From contig CAZEAB010000004.1 in assembly GCA_964510085.1 (NCBI GenBank), positions 9,284 through 73,283 on the forward strand: 64,000 nt of DNA. Reading direction: 5' to 3'. Positions 51,919 to 60,846 of the stretch are shown in pieces. The notes under the pieces are model-generated. The model searched no databases and was not told the origin of the DNA. It saw only the letters and a program-made list of their open reading frames with translations. The position numbers were made by a program, and so were the translations under genes. Source of the DNA: an uncultured Methanosarcinales archaeon. GTDB taxonomy: Archaea > Nanobdellota > Nanobdellia > Woesearchaeales > GW2011-AR9. Position 1 is the stretch's first letter. Every line of letters starts with the position of its first letter.

Positions 51919-53307
51919 ATGGAAATCAACATAAATAGAGACCTGTACGACCAACCAGACCAACATCAATCTAAATTCATCGCTACACCAGGATTAAGTG
52001 TAGAACTCATCAAAAAAATATCAGAAAGCAAGAATGAACCAGAATGGATGTTACAAAAGAGACTAAAAGGATTAGAACTCTTTCAGAAAACAGAATTACC
52101 AAAATGGGGTCCGAACTTAAAACACCTCAACTTTGATGAAATTGTCTTTTTCTCAGATCCAAACGCAGAAGAATCAACAAGTTGGGAAGACGTCCCACAA
52201 GAAATAAAAGATACATTTGACAAACTTGGAATTCCTGAAGCAGAAAAACAAGCACTTGCAGGGGTAGGAGCACAATATGACTCAAATGTAGTATACCATA
52301 ACATCAAGAAAGAACTTGCAGACAAAGGAGTTATCTTTGAAAATATGGATGTAGCTTTACAAAAATATCCAGAGATGGTAAAAAAACATTTCATGACCTC
52401 CTGTGTTCCAATAACAGATCACAAATTTGTCATGCTTCATGCAGCTGTATGGAGTGGTGGAACATTCATTTACATACCAAAGGGAGTAAAAGTAGAATTG
52501 CCATTGCAAGCATACTTCCGAATGAATCAACTTTCTGGAGGACAATTTGAACATACTTTAATCATAGTTGACGAAGGAGCAGAATTACATTACATAGAAG
52601 GATGTAGTTCTCCAAGATATAGTAAAAACAGTTTACATGCAGGATGTGTTGAAATTTTTGTCAAAGACAATGCAAAAATGCGATATTCTTCAATAGAAAA
52701 CTGGAGCAGAAATACCTATAACTTAAACACAAAACGAGCACTTGTTGATGAAAATGCGGTTATGGAATGGGTTTCTGGAAACATGGGGAGTTCTATTACC
52801 ATGTTATACCCCTGTTCAATATTACGAGGAGAAGGAGCTTCAACAGACAGTTTAGGAATCGCATTTGCAGGAAAAGACCAACATCAAGATGTAGGTGCGA
52901 AAGCAATACATTGTGCCCCAAGAACTACTTCCAAAATAGTTTCAAAAAGCATCAGCAAGGATGGAGGAATCGGAGCGTACAGAGGACTAGTAAAAATCTT
53001 ACCTATTGCAAAAGATAGTAAGACAAGCGTCGTATGCGATGGATTAATTTTAGATGAAACATCTGTATCAAACACCATTCCTGCATTAGAAGTAGGAAAC
53101 AACCAAGTAGATGCAGCACACGAAGCAAAAGTTGGACGAATTAGTGAAGACGCATTATTCTACTTACAATCTAGAGGATTAGATGAAGAACACGCAATGC
53201 AAATGATAGTGTCTGGATTCGTAGAACCAATTATACGACAATTACCATTAGAATACGCATTAGAATTGAATAGGTTAATAGAATTAGAAATAGAGGGCCA
53301 AGTATGA
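51919..53307 (+). CDS. sufB: Fe-S cluster assembly scaffold SufB
   Basis: 462 aa. FIYIPKGV...L.AYFR, HTLIIVDEGAELHYIEGCS and GRISEDALFYLQSRG are typical of SufB/SufD beta-helix proteins. Confidence 0.85.
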   Translation: MEININRDLYDQPDQHQSKFIATPGLSVELIKKISESKNEPEWMLQKRLKGLELFQKTELPKWGPNLKHLNFDEIVFFSDPNAEESTSWEDVPQEIKDTFDKLGIPEAEKQALAGVGAQYDSNVVYHNIKKELADKGVIFENMDVALQKYPEMVKKHFMTSCVPITDHKFVMLHAAVWSGGTFIYIPKGVKVELPLQAYFRMNQLSGGQFEHTLIIVDEGAELHYIEGCSSPRYSKNSLHAGCVEIFVKDNAKMRYSSIENWSRNTYNLNTKRALVDENAVMEWVSGNMGSSITMLYPCSILRGEGASTDSLGIAFAGKDQHQDVGAKAIHCAPRTTSKIVSKSISKDGGIGAYRGLVKILPIAKDSKTSVVCDGLILDETSVSNTIPALEVGNNQVDAAHEAKVGRISEDALFYLQSRGLDEEHAMQMIVSGFVEPIIRQLPLEYALELNRLIELEIEGQV

Positions 53308-54473
53308 GAAAACAAGATTTCCCAATATTGAACAACGTAGTGTACCTAGATAGTGCAGCAACAACGCAGAAACCACAAGTTGTTATTGATAGACTTACTA
53401 AATATTATCAAGAAGAAAATGCAAACGTTCACAGAGGTATTTATACTCTTTCACAGATTGCAACAATGGAATACGAAAAAGTACGAGAAATTATTGCAGG
53501 ATTTATAGGAGCAAAAGAAAAAGAAATAGTATTTACAAAAGGAACAACAGAAGGATTGAATTTATTAGCAAGATCTCTTGGAGAAACATTACAACAAGGA
53601 GATGAAATAGTTTTAACCGTAATGGAACATCATGCTAATATTGTACCGTGGCAACAACTTGCTAAAGAGAGAGGGGTAATATTGAAATTCATTCCATTAA
53701 CTTCTGATTACAATCTTGACATGAAGAAAGCAGAAGAATTAATTACAGAAAAAACAAAAATTGTTTCCGTAGTTCACATGTCAAACGTTCTTGGAACCAT
53801 TAATGATGTTAAAAAAATAGCAGATATGATCCACAAGAAAAATGGATTACTAATTGTAGATGGAGCACAATCAATAGCACACATGCCAATTAATGTACAT
53901 GAACTAGATTGCGACTTCTTTGTATTCTCCGGTCATAAAGTCTATGGGCCAACAGGAATAGGAGTTCTCTATGGAAGGAAAGAATTACTTGAAGGGATGA
54001 AACCATACCAATACGGAGGAGATATGATTCGAGAAGTTTCTTTAAATGAAGCTAGTTGGAATGACTTACCGTGGAAATTTGAAGCAGGAACACCAAACAT
54101 CTCTGGAGTGGTTGGTCTGGGAAAAGCTATTGAATATGTGCAATCTGTTGGAATGGAAAATATTGAAAAACATGAGAGTGAATTAATAAATTATTTCATG
54201 AAAAAAATAGAAGAAATTACTATAATTGGTCCAGAAAATAATAGAGGAGCGGTATTCTCCTTCATAATGGAAGGAATACACCCACATGACGTCAGTGAAA
54301 TTCTTAATGCATCTAATGTAGCAGTCAGAGGAGGACATCACTGTGCTATGCCGTTAATGAAAGAACTAGGATTAACAGGAACAACGCGAGCATCTTTTGG
54401 AATGTATAACACCACAGAAGATATTGATAAATTATTTGAAGGACTACAAAAAGTTACAGAGGTCTTCAAATGA
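53304..54473 (+). CDS. sufS: cysteine desulfurase SufS (class II aminotransferase V)
   Basis: YLDSAATTQKP, HRGIY, the SGHKVYGPTGIG PLP-lysine motif, and RGGHHCA active-site Cys. Confidence 0.85.
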   Translation: MRKQDFPILNNVVYLDSAATTQKPQVVIDRLTKYYQEENANVHRGIYTLSQIATMEYEKVREIIAGFIGAKEKEIVFTKGTTEGLNLLARSLGETLQQGDEIVLTVMEHHANIVPWQQLAKERGVILKFIPLTSDYNLDMKKAEELITEKTKIVSVVHMSNVLGTINDVKKIADMIHKKNGLLIVDGAQSIAHMPINVHELDCDFFVFSGHKVYGPTGIGVLYGRKELLEGMKPYQYGGDMIREVSLNEASWNDLPWKFEAGTPNISGVVGLGKAIEYVQSVGMENIEKHESELINYFMKKIEEITIIGPENNRGAVFSFIMEGIHPHDVSEILNASNVAVRGGHHCAMPLMKELGLTGTTRASFGMYNTTEDIDKLFEGLQKVTEVFK

Positions 54474-54847
54474 GTGATTTAGAGTTATATCAAGAGAATG
54501 TACTCGACTATTACAAGAATCCTAGAAACAAATGTGAAATTGAAGAGTATACACACACAGCTCGTGAACTAAACCCATTATGTGGAGATGAACTTACAAT
54601 ATATCTTAATGTGAAAGAAGGGATTGTACAGGAAGTAGGGTTTCAAGGAACTGGATGTGCAATAAGTCAAGCGGCTATCTCCATGTTAACAGAGAAATTA
54701 GTTGGTATGAATGTTGTTGACATGAAAAAAATAGGAAAAGAAGACATCTACGGAATGTTAGGAATACCAGTAAGTTATACACGAGAAAAATGCGCATTAC
54801 TCTCAAAAAAAGTACTTCATAAATCATTGGAGGTACCACAATGTTAG
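54470..54847 (+). CDS. sufU: SufU/IscU-like Fe-S scaffold / sulfur acceptor
   Basis: NPLCGDELTIYL, GTGCAISQAA and a C-terminal EKCALL give the three conserved Cys. Confidence 0.8.
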   Translation: MSDLELYQENVLDYYKNPRNKCEIEEYTHTARELNPLCGDELTIYLNVKEGIVQEVGFQGTGCAISQAAISMLTEKLVGMNVVDMKKIGKEDIYGMLGIPVSYTREKCALLSKKVLHKSLEVPQC

Positions 54848-55593
54848 AAACCAAAGACCTACATGTTGAAGTAGATGGAAAGAAAATTCTAAATGGAATT
54901 AGTCTACAATTTGAACAAGGTAAAGTACATGCTTTAATGGGACCAAACGGTTCAGGAAAAAGTACCCTTGCTAACGTAATAATGGGGCATCCTAAATATG
55001 TCATTACGTCAGGAGATATCTTACTAGATGGCAAAAGTATTCTCACATTAAACCCCGCAGAACGTTCCAAGTTAAGGATATTCTTATCATTCCAACATCC
55101 AGAAGAAATAGAAGGAGTACGAATCAGAAAATTCTTACGAACAATTGTTAATGCGAGAAGAGAAGAAAAGATATCAGTACTAGGTTTTAAACAAATACTA
55201 GATATCAAAATGAAAGAATTAGGAATCAATCCAGAATTAGCTGGAAGATATCTTAACCACGGATTTTCAGGAGGAGAGAAAAAGAGAATGGAAATGTTAC
55301 AACTATCTCTCTTAGAACCACAATATGCATTCTTAGATGAAACAGATTCAGGACTAGATGTAGATGCTATCCGGGCCGTTGCATCATCTATACACACAGT
55401 AAAAGATAAAACTAACATGGGCATTATCTTAATTACACACTATAACCGTTTCCTTGAATACATTAAACCAGACATAGTAAGTGTTATATATGACGGAAAG
55501 ATAGTATTACAAGGTGGGAAAGAACTTGCAGGACGGATTGAAGAAGAAGGATTTGGAGGTATCATAGATGATTACGAAAGAACAGCTAATTGA
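54841..55593 (+). CDS. sufC: Fe-S cluster assembly ATPase SufC
   Basis: Walker A GPNGSGKST, ABC signature FSGGEKKR and Walker B FLDETDSGLD. Confidence 0.9.
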   Translation: MLETKDLHVEVDGKKILNGISLQFEQGKVHALMGPNGSGKSTLANVIMGHPKYVITSGDILLDGKSILTLNPAERSKLRIFLSFQHPEEIEGVRIRKFLRTIVNARREEKISVLGFKQILDIKMKELGINPELAGRYLNHGFSGGEKKRMEMLQLSLLEPQYAFLDETDSGLDVDAIRAVASSIHTVKDKTNMGIILITHYNRFLEYIKPDIVSVIYDGKIVLQGGKELAGRIEEEGFGGIIDDYERTAN

Positions 55594-55855
55594 AAACGTA
55601 TTCAAAAAGTATGAAGACCCAGAGATCCATTTAGATGTCTGGACTATTGGGTTAGTATATGACATTAAAATAGATGGAACCAAAGTAGATATCTTACTTA
55701 CATTTACATCCCCCTTTTGTCCATTCGGACCACAAATGGTTTCAGAATTAAAGGACATGATAAAAAAGGAAGGAGCAGAAGAAGTAGAAATAGATATTAC
55801 ATTTGACCCACCATGGAAGCCATCAGACGAATTACGGGAGATGTTAGGAGTATGA
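55568..55855 (+). CDS. DUF59/MIP18-family Fe-S assembly factor (SufT/PaaD-like)
   Basis: V.DPEI..DVW.IGLVYDI...V.I.LTFTSPFCPFG. Confidence 0.65.
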   Translation: MITKEQLIENVFKKYEDPEIHLDVWTIGLVYDIKIDGTKVDILLTFTSPFCPFGPQMVSELKDMIKKEGAEEVEIDITFDPPWKPSDELREMLGV

Positions 55856-56208
55856 TACCACAAAAACATCCACAGGAAATTGAAGTATGGTATATTCTTC
55901 CTGCTATTAGAAAAGAACTAGTTCGAGTCTTTAAAACGAAAGGAAAGAATGGAAAAGAAATAGCTGGACTCTTAGGATTAACACCTGCAGCAGTATCACA
56001 ATATGGAAAAGACAAACGTGGTGGAGCAGAATTGCCTCAAGAAGTAAGGGGATATATATTGGAATGTTCTGAAAAGATAACTAACTCTAAAACAGCTTAT
56101 AGAGAGATACAGAATATTGTGGGTTATATTAAAGAAACAAAAGCACTATGTAAAATACATTTGTTATTTGAAGATGAATTGGATGACTGTGATGTTTGCT
56201 ATGTTTGA
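55852..56208 (+). CDS. HTH transcriptional regulator (COG2522-like) with Cys-containing C-terminus
   Basis: The start ATG at 55852 forms an ATGA overlap with the DUF59 stop. WYILPAIRKELVRVFKTKGKNGKEIAGLLGLTPAAVSQYGKDKRG is the HTH. There are four Cys in the C-terminal half, ending DDCDVCYV. Confidence 0.5.
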   Translation: MIPQKHPQEIEVWYILPAIRKELVRVFKTKGKNGKEIAGLLGLTPAAVSQYGKDKRGGAELPQEVRGYILECSEKITNSKTAYREIQNIVGYIKETKALCKIHLLFEDELDDCDVCYV

Positions 56209-56211
56209 TAT

Positions 56212-57015
56212 TTATTGAACAATTTTTGAATTTCTTTCACAACTTAACTTAAGATAAATTAAACATGCTGTCAAATCTGCTATAATCCCTGTAGGCATAT
56301 CTGGTTTATTTAGACGAACTTCATTATACACTAATTCCATAGATTCAGATAATGGCATATTGTTACATCTTGACAAATCACTAAACATGGCACGTAGTGT
56401 AGGATAATTAGTAGTAATTTCTATGTTATGATATTTATCAGAGGGTTTTACTGAATTCTTTAATCTGTTTTGGTAATATTTTAAAACATTTTCATTTTTT
56501 CTAATTGGAAATGTTCTGTGATAATAACCACTCATTTCAAAAGCCAAATTTTGCATACGCTGTAACCATATCGTGTCTTCTGGCGTTGTATTTTCTAAAA
56601 TTTTTGGAACATTATCTAAAATACTTATTTCATCTTTGTCTTGGTTTGATACTTGTGAAATAACGATTGGAAAGAGAAATTCTATTATACCTTGATTAAC
56701 TCTTCCTCCTCGCCGATTCTTTTTTGAATCTGCTTGTGCACGATAACAAAGGTCGTATGTTCCACAAGGAAACCCAACCGAATAGATTCTGGTTGTGAGA
56801 TCTTCAAAGGCATCTCCAATATTTACACCAGCTGACAAGAAGTATTCTAGTTTTTGAAATTCATTGAGATTACTTCTTCTGGTAGTACACCCCTCTTTTT
56901 CGGATATTGGTTCAAGAACACTAGCTAGTTGAACAAATCTACGTATTTCTCTAGGCAAAAGTTTTTCTTCTAATTCGGACCATACAATGTCGTGAAATCT
57001 AGATTTTGTAGCCAT
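56212..57015 (-). CDS. hypothetical protein (weak CitG/triphosphoribosyl-dephospho-CoA synthase-like pattern)
   Basis: 267 aa. LEPISEKEGCTTRRS...FLSAGVNIG and RRGGRVNQGIIEFLFPIV loosely resemble CitG-family blocks. Low certainty. Confidence 0.3.
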   Translation of the reverse strand: MATKSRFHDIVWSELEEKLLPREIRRFVQLASVLEPISEKEGCTTRRSNLNEFQKLEYFLSAGVNIGDAFEDLTTRIYSVGFPCGTYDLCYRAQADSKKNRRGGRVNQGIIEFLFPIVISQVSNQDKDEISILDNVPKILENTTPEDTIWLQRMQNLAFEMSGYYHRTFPIRKNENVLKYYQNRLKNSVKPSDKYHNIEITTNYPTLRAMFSDLSRCNNMPLSESMELVYNEVRLNKPDMPTGIIADLTACLIYLKLSCERNSKIVQ

Positions 57016-57619
57016 GTTCTTCTAACATTTTGATAGTGTCGCTTACTCTTGCACGCAGGGTATCATAACTATCTGTGTTTATTCCTATATTCGGAAAATC
57101 CCATAAATTTTCGATTAAGTGAAGCTTTGGTTGCTCTATTCTTGGAATTTCTGCATGAATCAGTCTCAGCCAAGGGCGTTTATGTTCCAGATTCTTTCCA
57201 ATAATTTCCTCAATCTGAGCAGGAGTGTGTTTTCCACCCTGATATTCTCTATCAGATTCTAAAAGAGAACATACTGCATCTACAGCTCCAAGTTTCATAT
57301 CATCATCAGTAGCATTTGGATTAGGGTTATTCCATTTTTGATGGTGATATTGACATCTATGTCTTTCAAGTGAAGGCGTGACATAGCGATTAAAGAATTC
57401 TGGGCTTCTATTTCTGTATTGGAGAGCAAACCCTCTAATAACTTCCCATTCAAACTTGTTTCCATAGCCTATTATATCATGAGGTCGTTGTGGGTCTTCT
57501 TTTCCAATCTGTAATCTTTCAAGAAAGTACTCAATATGTTGAACATGTCTGATTGTTCCAAGTAACCACGTTTCTATTTCAGCACTTGTTGGTTTGTTTT
57601 TTAAGCTTCTTTCTTTCAT
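56999..57619 (-). CDS. hypothetical His-rich protein (possible HD-like metal-dependent enzyme)
   Basis: 206 aa with HVQHIEYF, RPHDIIG and HRCQYHHQKW motifs. It overlaps the downstream ORF by 17 nt. Confidence 0.35.
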   Translation of the reverse strand: MKERSLKNKPTSAEIETWLLGTIRHVQHIEYFLERLQIGKEDPQRPHDIIGYGNKFEWEVIRGFALQYRNRSPEFFNRYVTPSLERHRCQYHHQKWNNPNPNATDDDMKLGAVDAVCSLLESDREYQGGKHTPAQIEEIIGKNLEHKRPWLRLIHAEIPRIEQPKLHLIENLWDFPNIGINTDSYDTLRARVSDTIKMLEEHGYKI

Positions 57620-57725
57620 TATTTATTCACTTTGAACTATCCTCTTTTTATCATAAATAATCTTCCCCCCTCGTTGTGGGGAGTAAAAAGAAAGATTTAA
57701 ATAAACTCAACAATTCTAAGCATAC

Positions 57726-58472
57726 ATGATAGAACAAGTCTTGCAAGAAATTGGACTTACACAGAACGAAATTAAAGTATACCTTGCCCTTTTAGATTTA
57801 GGAGAATCAAAAACAGGTGATATTCTAAAAACATCGGGATTAAATTCTGGGAGGATTTATGAAATACTTGATTCACTACAAAAGAAAGGTCTTGTTTCTT
57901 TTATTGTGAAATCAGGAGTAAAGCTCTTTAGCCCAGCTGATCCTAAAAGAGTTAGAGATTACCTTGATGAAAAGAAAAAAGCAATAGAAAAACAAGAAGA
58001 AGATTATAACAAAATTCTTCCAGATTTATTACAGAAAATTTCAGCAATCAAATCAGAAGCAAAGATAGAAGTTTTTTCAGGATTAAAAGGAATGAAAACT
58101 GCATGGAGAAAAGAATTCAATTATCCTAAATCAGAAAAAATATATGTGTTAGGAGTAAGTGCTTCTGCAAAGTATCCTAAAGAAGTGTGGGATTACTTTA
58201 CTAATATTCACCGTAAGATAAGAGATAATAGAGGATACAAAGTTAAAAAATTGTTAAACATTAAAGCAAAGAAGGAGAGACAGCTTCATGAAAAAAATGC
58301 AGATGTTAAGTATCTACCTTACGGTTCATTAGTTCCAATTAGTATTGTAGGAAATTTAACAATTATAGGGATTATTTCAGAACAAATGATTAGCATTACC
58401 ATTGAAAGTAAAGAAGTTGCAAATAACTTTAAGGAACAATTTAACACTCTTTGGAAAGTAGCAACTCTATGA
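57726..58472 (+). CDS. TrmB-family transcriptional regulator
   Basis: LQEIGLTQNEIKVYLALLDLGESKTGDILKTSGLNSGRIYEILDSLQKKGLVSF is a classic TrmB winged helix. Confidence 0.75.
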   Translation: MIEQVLQEIGLTQNEIKVYLALLDLGESKTGDILKTSGLNSGRIYEILDSLQKKGLVSFIVKSGVKLFSPADPKRVRDYLDEKKKAIEKQEEDYNKILPDLLQKISAIKSEAKIEVFSGLKGMKTAWRKEFNYPKSEKIYVLGVSASAKYPKEVWDYFTNIHRKIRDNRGYKVKKLLNIKAKKERQLHEKNADVKYLPYGSLVPISIVGNLTIIGIISEQMISITIESKEVANNFKEQFNTLWKVATL

Positions 58473-59459
58473 ACTTAGCTTCTCCAGAATAAACTTTCTT
58501 GCTTCATTACCATTCTCAACAAAAATAGTTGCGCCACCAACATAGAAATGACCGCCTCCACTTCCTTCACCAAACTTAGTCCCAACTTCTTTACATAACT
58601 TTCCAATATCAACTTTACATAACTTCTTATTAAAAATGTTAGAACCAATACCAATTCGAACCATATCCTCATCTACTTGACGTATAACAAGGTTATAACT
58701 TGCCTTTGGAAATTTAATGTATGCATAAAATCTATCTGGTACACCTTTAGAAAAACCAGCATTTCTGTCATCTTGCACAACCGTCTTATCAATAAATTCA
58801 ATATGCTCATCAACAAAATCTCGCCATTGTTTATAATTACTAATTTGTGCTTTATGAAATACCTCTGGCCTAAAATTCCAAATAGATTTAGTAGATAATG
58901 GAGTTTCACCTAATTCTTCATGCAAAACTGTTGTAAAAACCTCATGATTTAATGCATTATCCCGAGTATGAAATAATGAACCAATCTGATGCATTTTCTG
59001 TAATGGTGTAGAATATTCTTTTTGCCGATAATAACACGCTTTAATCTCCTCAGGAGTATATGACGCAGAATCAATCTTATCCATCGCTACTTTAAAATCT
59101 TTAAGTTCTTTTGTTAATCTCAGTCCATTCTCCTCAGCCAAATCTAATAAAAATCCAGTACAACTTGGAGTAACCTTCCAATGATCTGAATCTGTTAATG
59201 TATCTTGTTTATTTGAACTATGATGATCAAACCATAAAAACACGTTGGTATCTGGCTTTGGAAGATCTAATAAAATATCCTTATCAGTAAACTCAAACTC
59301 CCCATGAGTTTGTACATCTCTAGGTAATAAAGGAATAACTTCCACATCAGCAAGATCTTCTTCAGTTAAATTAGAGAGATACGTCACATATTTCTTAAAG
59401 ATAAACGCACTACAAAAACCGTCTGTACATTTCGCATGTGTAATAATTCTGTATGTCAT
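58467..59459 (-). CDS. DHH/DHHA1-superfamily phosphoesterase-like protein
   Basis: N-terminal ITHAKCTDGFCSA, then WFDHHSS, and a C-terminal GGGHFYVGGA (DHHA1 GGGH motif). Confidence 0.45.
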   Translation of the reverse strand: MTYRIITHAKCTDGFCSAFIFKKYVTYLSNLTEEDLADVEVIPLLPRDVQTHGEFEFTDKDILLDLPKPDTNVFLWFDHHSSNKQDTLTDSDHWKVTPSCTGFLLDLAEENGLRLTKELKDFKVAMDKIDSASYTPEEIKACYYRQKEYSTPLQKMHQIGSLFHTRDNALNHEVFTTVLHEELGETPLSTKSIWNFRPEVFHKAQISNYKQWRDFVDEHIEFIDKTVVQDDRNAGFSKGVPDRFYAYIKFPKASYNLVIRQVDEDMVRIGIGSNIFNKKLCKVDIGKLCKEVGTKFGEGSGGGHFYVGGATIFVENGNEARKFILEKLSS

Positions 59460-59489
59460 AATGTTAATTAATTAAGTGGCTATAAAAAA

Positions 59490-60629
59490 CTATGCCAAAA
59501 ACTCTACCTCAATCTCTAATTGATCAGCTGTAGGATATTCAGTAACAATAGCAGGGAATAAATCTAAACCAAGGAAATACGTTTTCTTTTTCTTCACCAA
59601 CTTTCTTGAAATCAAAATTCTAGGTTTTTCTTCATCCAAATAAATCTCACCATCATCAAGTTTAAACTTCTTCTTAATTCTATCAAATAACGGTTTTAAT
59701 TTATCAATAAACTTACTCTTATCAACTTCAGACAACTTTTTTCTATACTCTACTCCTGGCTTAAGATGATATAAATACAACGCACCACGAATCAGCAAAC
59801 CTTCATCATCAACAATATCAAAATCTCTCTTAACATTCTTAGACTCTCTTTTTATCCTATTAGTTAATTGTACAGCATCTTTTAACTTAGCAGTACAAAG
59901 ATGTGCCTGTAAGGGATATTCTTTCTCCTGAATGTATTCTAATAATCTTATTCCGGATTCTAAAGAACCTTCAATAGCATAACTTAATTGATTTTTAACT
60001 TTAAAATCCATCTCTCCCAACTTTGATAAAGAATTATCAGCAATCTCTAACTCATTTAAATTAAGAAAACTGACTTTATCCTGGATATAATCAATAATCT
60101 TTTGAATTTCCTTTTCTTTTGTAGGAACTAAAGGCAATTCAACACCGACATCCCACTCAAATTCTTTAGCTAACAGAACTCTTTCCCAAAATGTATCATT
60201 ATCTAAATCCAAATGAAACCTAATTTCATCTAAACCTGCATCATACAATTTTGTAAGCGTTTCTTTTGTAACAAGATTCAATGAAGTATAAAGATGAACA
60301 TGGAACTCTTTCCCATACCTCTCTTTTAATAATTTGATATACTCTACAGTTCTATCCAACCTACTTAACGGATCACCACCAGTAATACCAGCGCCTCTCG
60401 CTTGCATTAACTCACATTCTTTAAACAAATCTTCAGTAGAGTTAATCTTTCTCTCATTAGCATACGAATCATCTTTTCCAAACTTGTGGTCAGAAACAGG
60501 ACAAAAATAACATTTTCGAGGACATATGCCCGTAATAAAGATAACTACCTTCTGTCCAAGGATACAGGATAAACAGCCGTTCGGCAATTTCTTAAGATTG
60601 TAGGAGTGACACTTGTTTGGTTTTAACAT
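59490..60629 (-). CDS. radical SAM protein (PflA/activase-like)
   Basis: GICPRKCYFCPV CxxxCxxC cluster and ITGGDPL. 379 aa. Confidence 0.6.
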   Translation of the reverse strand: MLKPNKCHSYNLKKLPNGCLSCILGQKVVIFITGICPRKCYFCPVSDHKFGKDDSYANERKINSTEDLFKECELMQARGAGITGGDPLSRLDRTVEYIKLLKERYGKEFHVHLYTSLNLVTKETLTKLYDAGLDEIRFHLDLDNDTFWERVLLAKEFEWDVGVELPLVPTKEKEIQKIIDYIQDKVSFLNLNELEIADNSLSKLGEMDFKVKNQLSYAIEGSLESGIRLLEYIQEKEYPLQAHLCTAKLKDAVQLTNRIKRESKNVKRDFDIVDDEGLLIRGALYLYHLKPGVEYRKKLSEVDKSKFIDKLKPLFDRIKKKFKLDDGEIYLDEEKPRILISRKLVKKKKTYFLGLDLFPAIVTEYPTADQLEIEVEFLA

Positions 60630-60680
60630 TAGAACTCTTTTTAGTTTGTGTTTTATAACTCTTTCTTATTGTTATACATA

Positions 60681-60841
60681 TTTAGTTACACAGGCCGATT
60701 TGTCTTTTGCGCCTCAATCATCATGGGCTTTGCTCATTTTCGGCTAGTTATGAACTTGTTGAATAACTTTCCAAAAAGCTCTGCTTTTTGATATACATAT
60801 CGCACAATGAAAATAGATTGTCGGCGAAGGGCAACTAAATA
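60681..60841. ncRNA. candidate structured intergenic element (unclassified)
   Basis: An 8-bp long-range stem ATTTAGTT (60681-60688) / AACTAAAT (60834-60841) encloses several nested perfect hairpins: GGCCGA/TCGGCT, AGTTAT/ATAACT, AAAAAGC/GCTTTTT and ACAAT/ATTGT. The region has locally elevated GC. The strand is unknown. Confidence 0.3.
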
Positions 60842-60846
60842 CGTTC

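Noticed and set aside
54675-55424. 249-aa ORF on the minus strand
   Set aside because: It lies antisense to sufU and sufC, whose plus-strand products carry unmistakable SufU Cys motifs and SufC Walker/ABC signatures. The minus-strand product is low-complexity with no motif.
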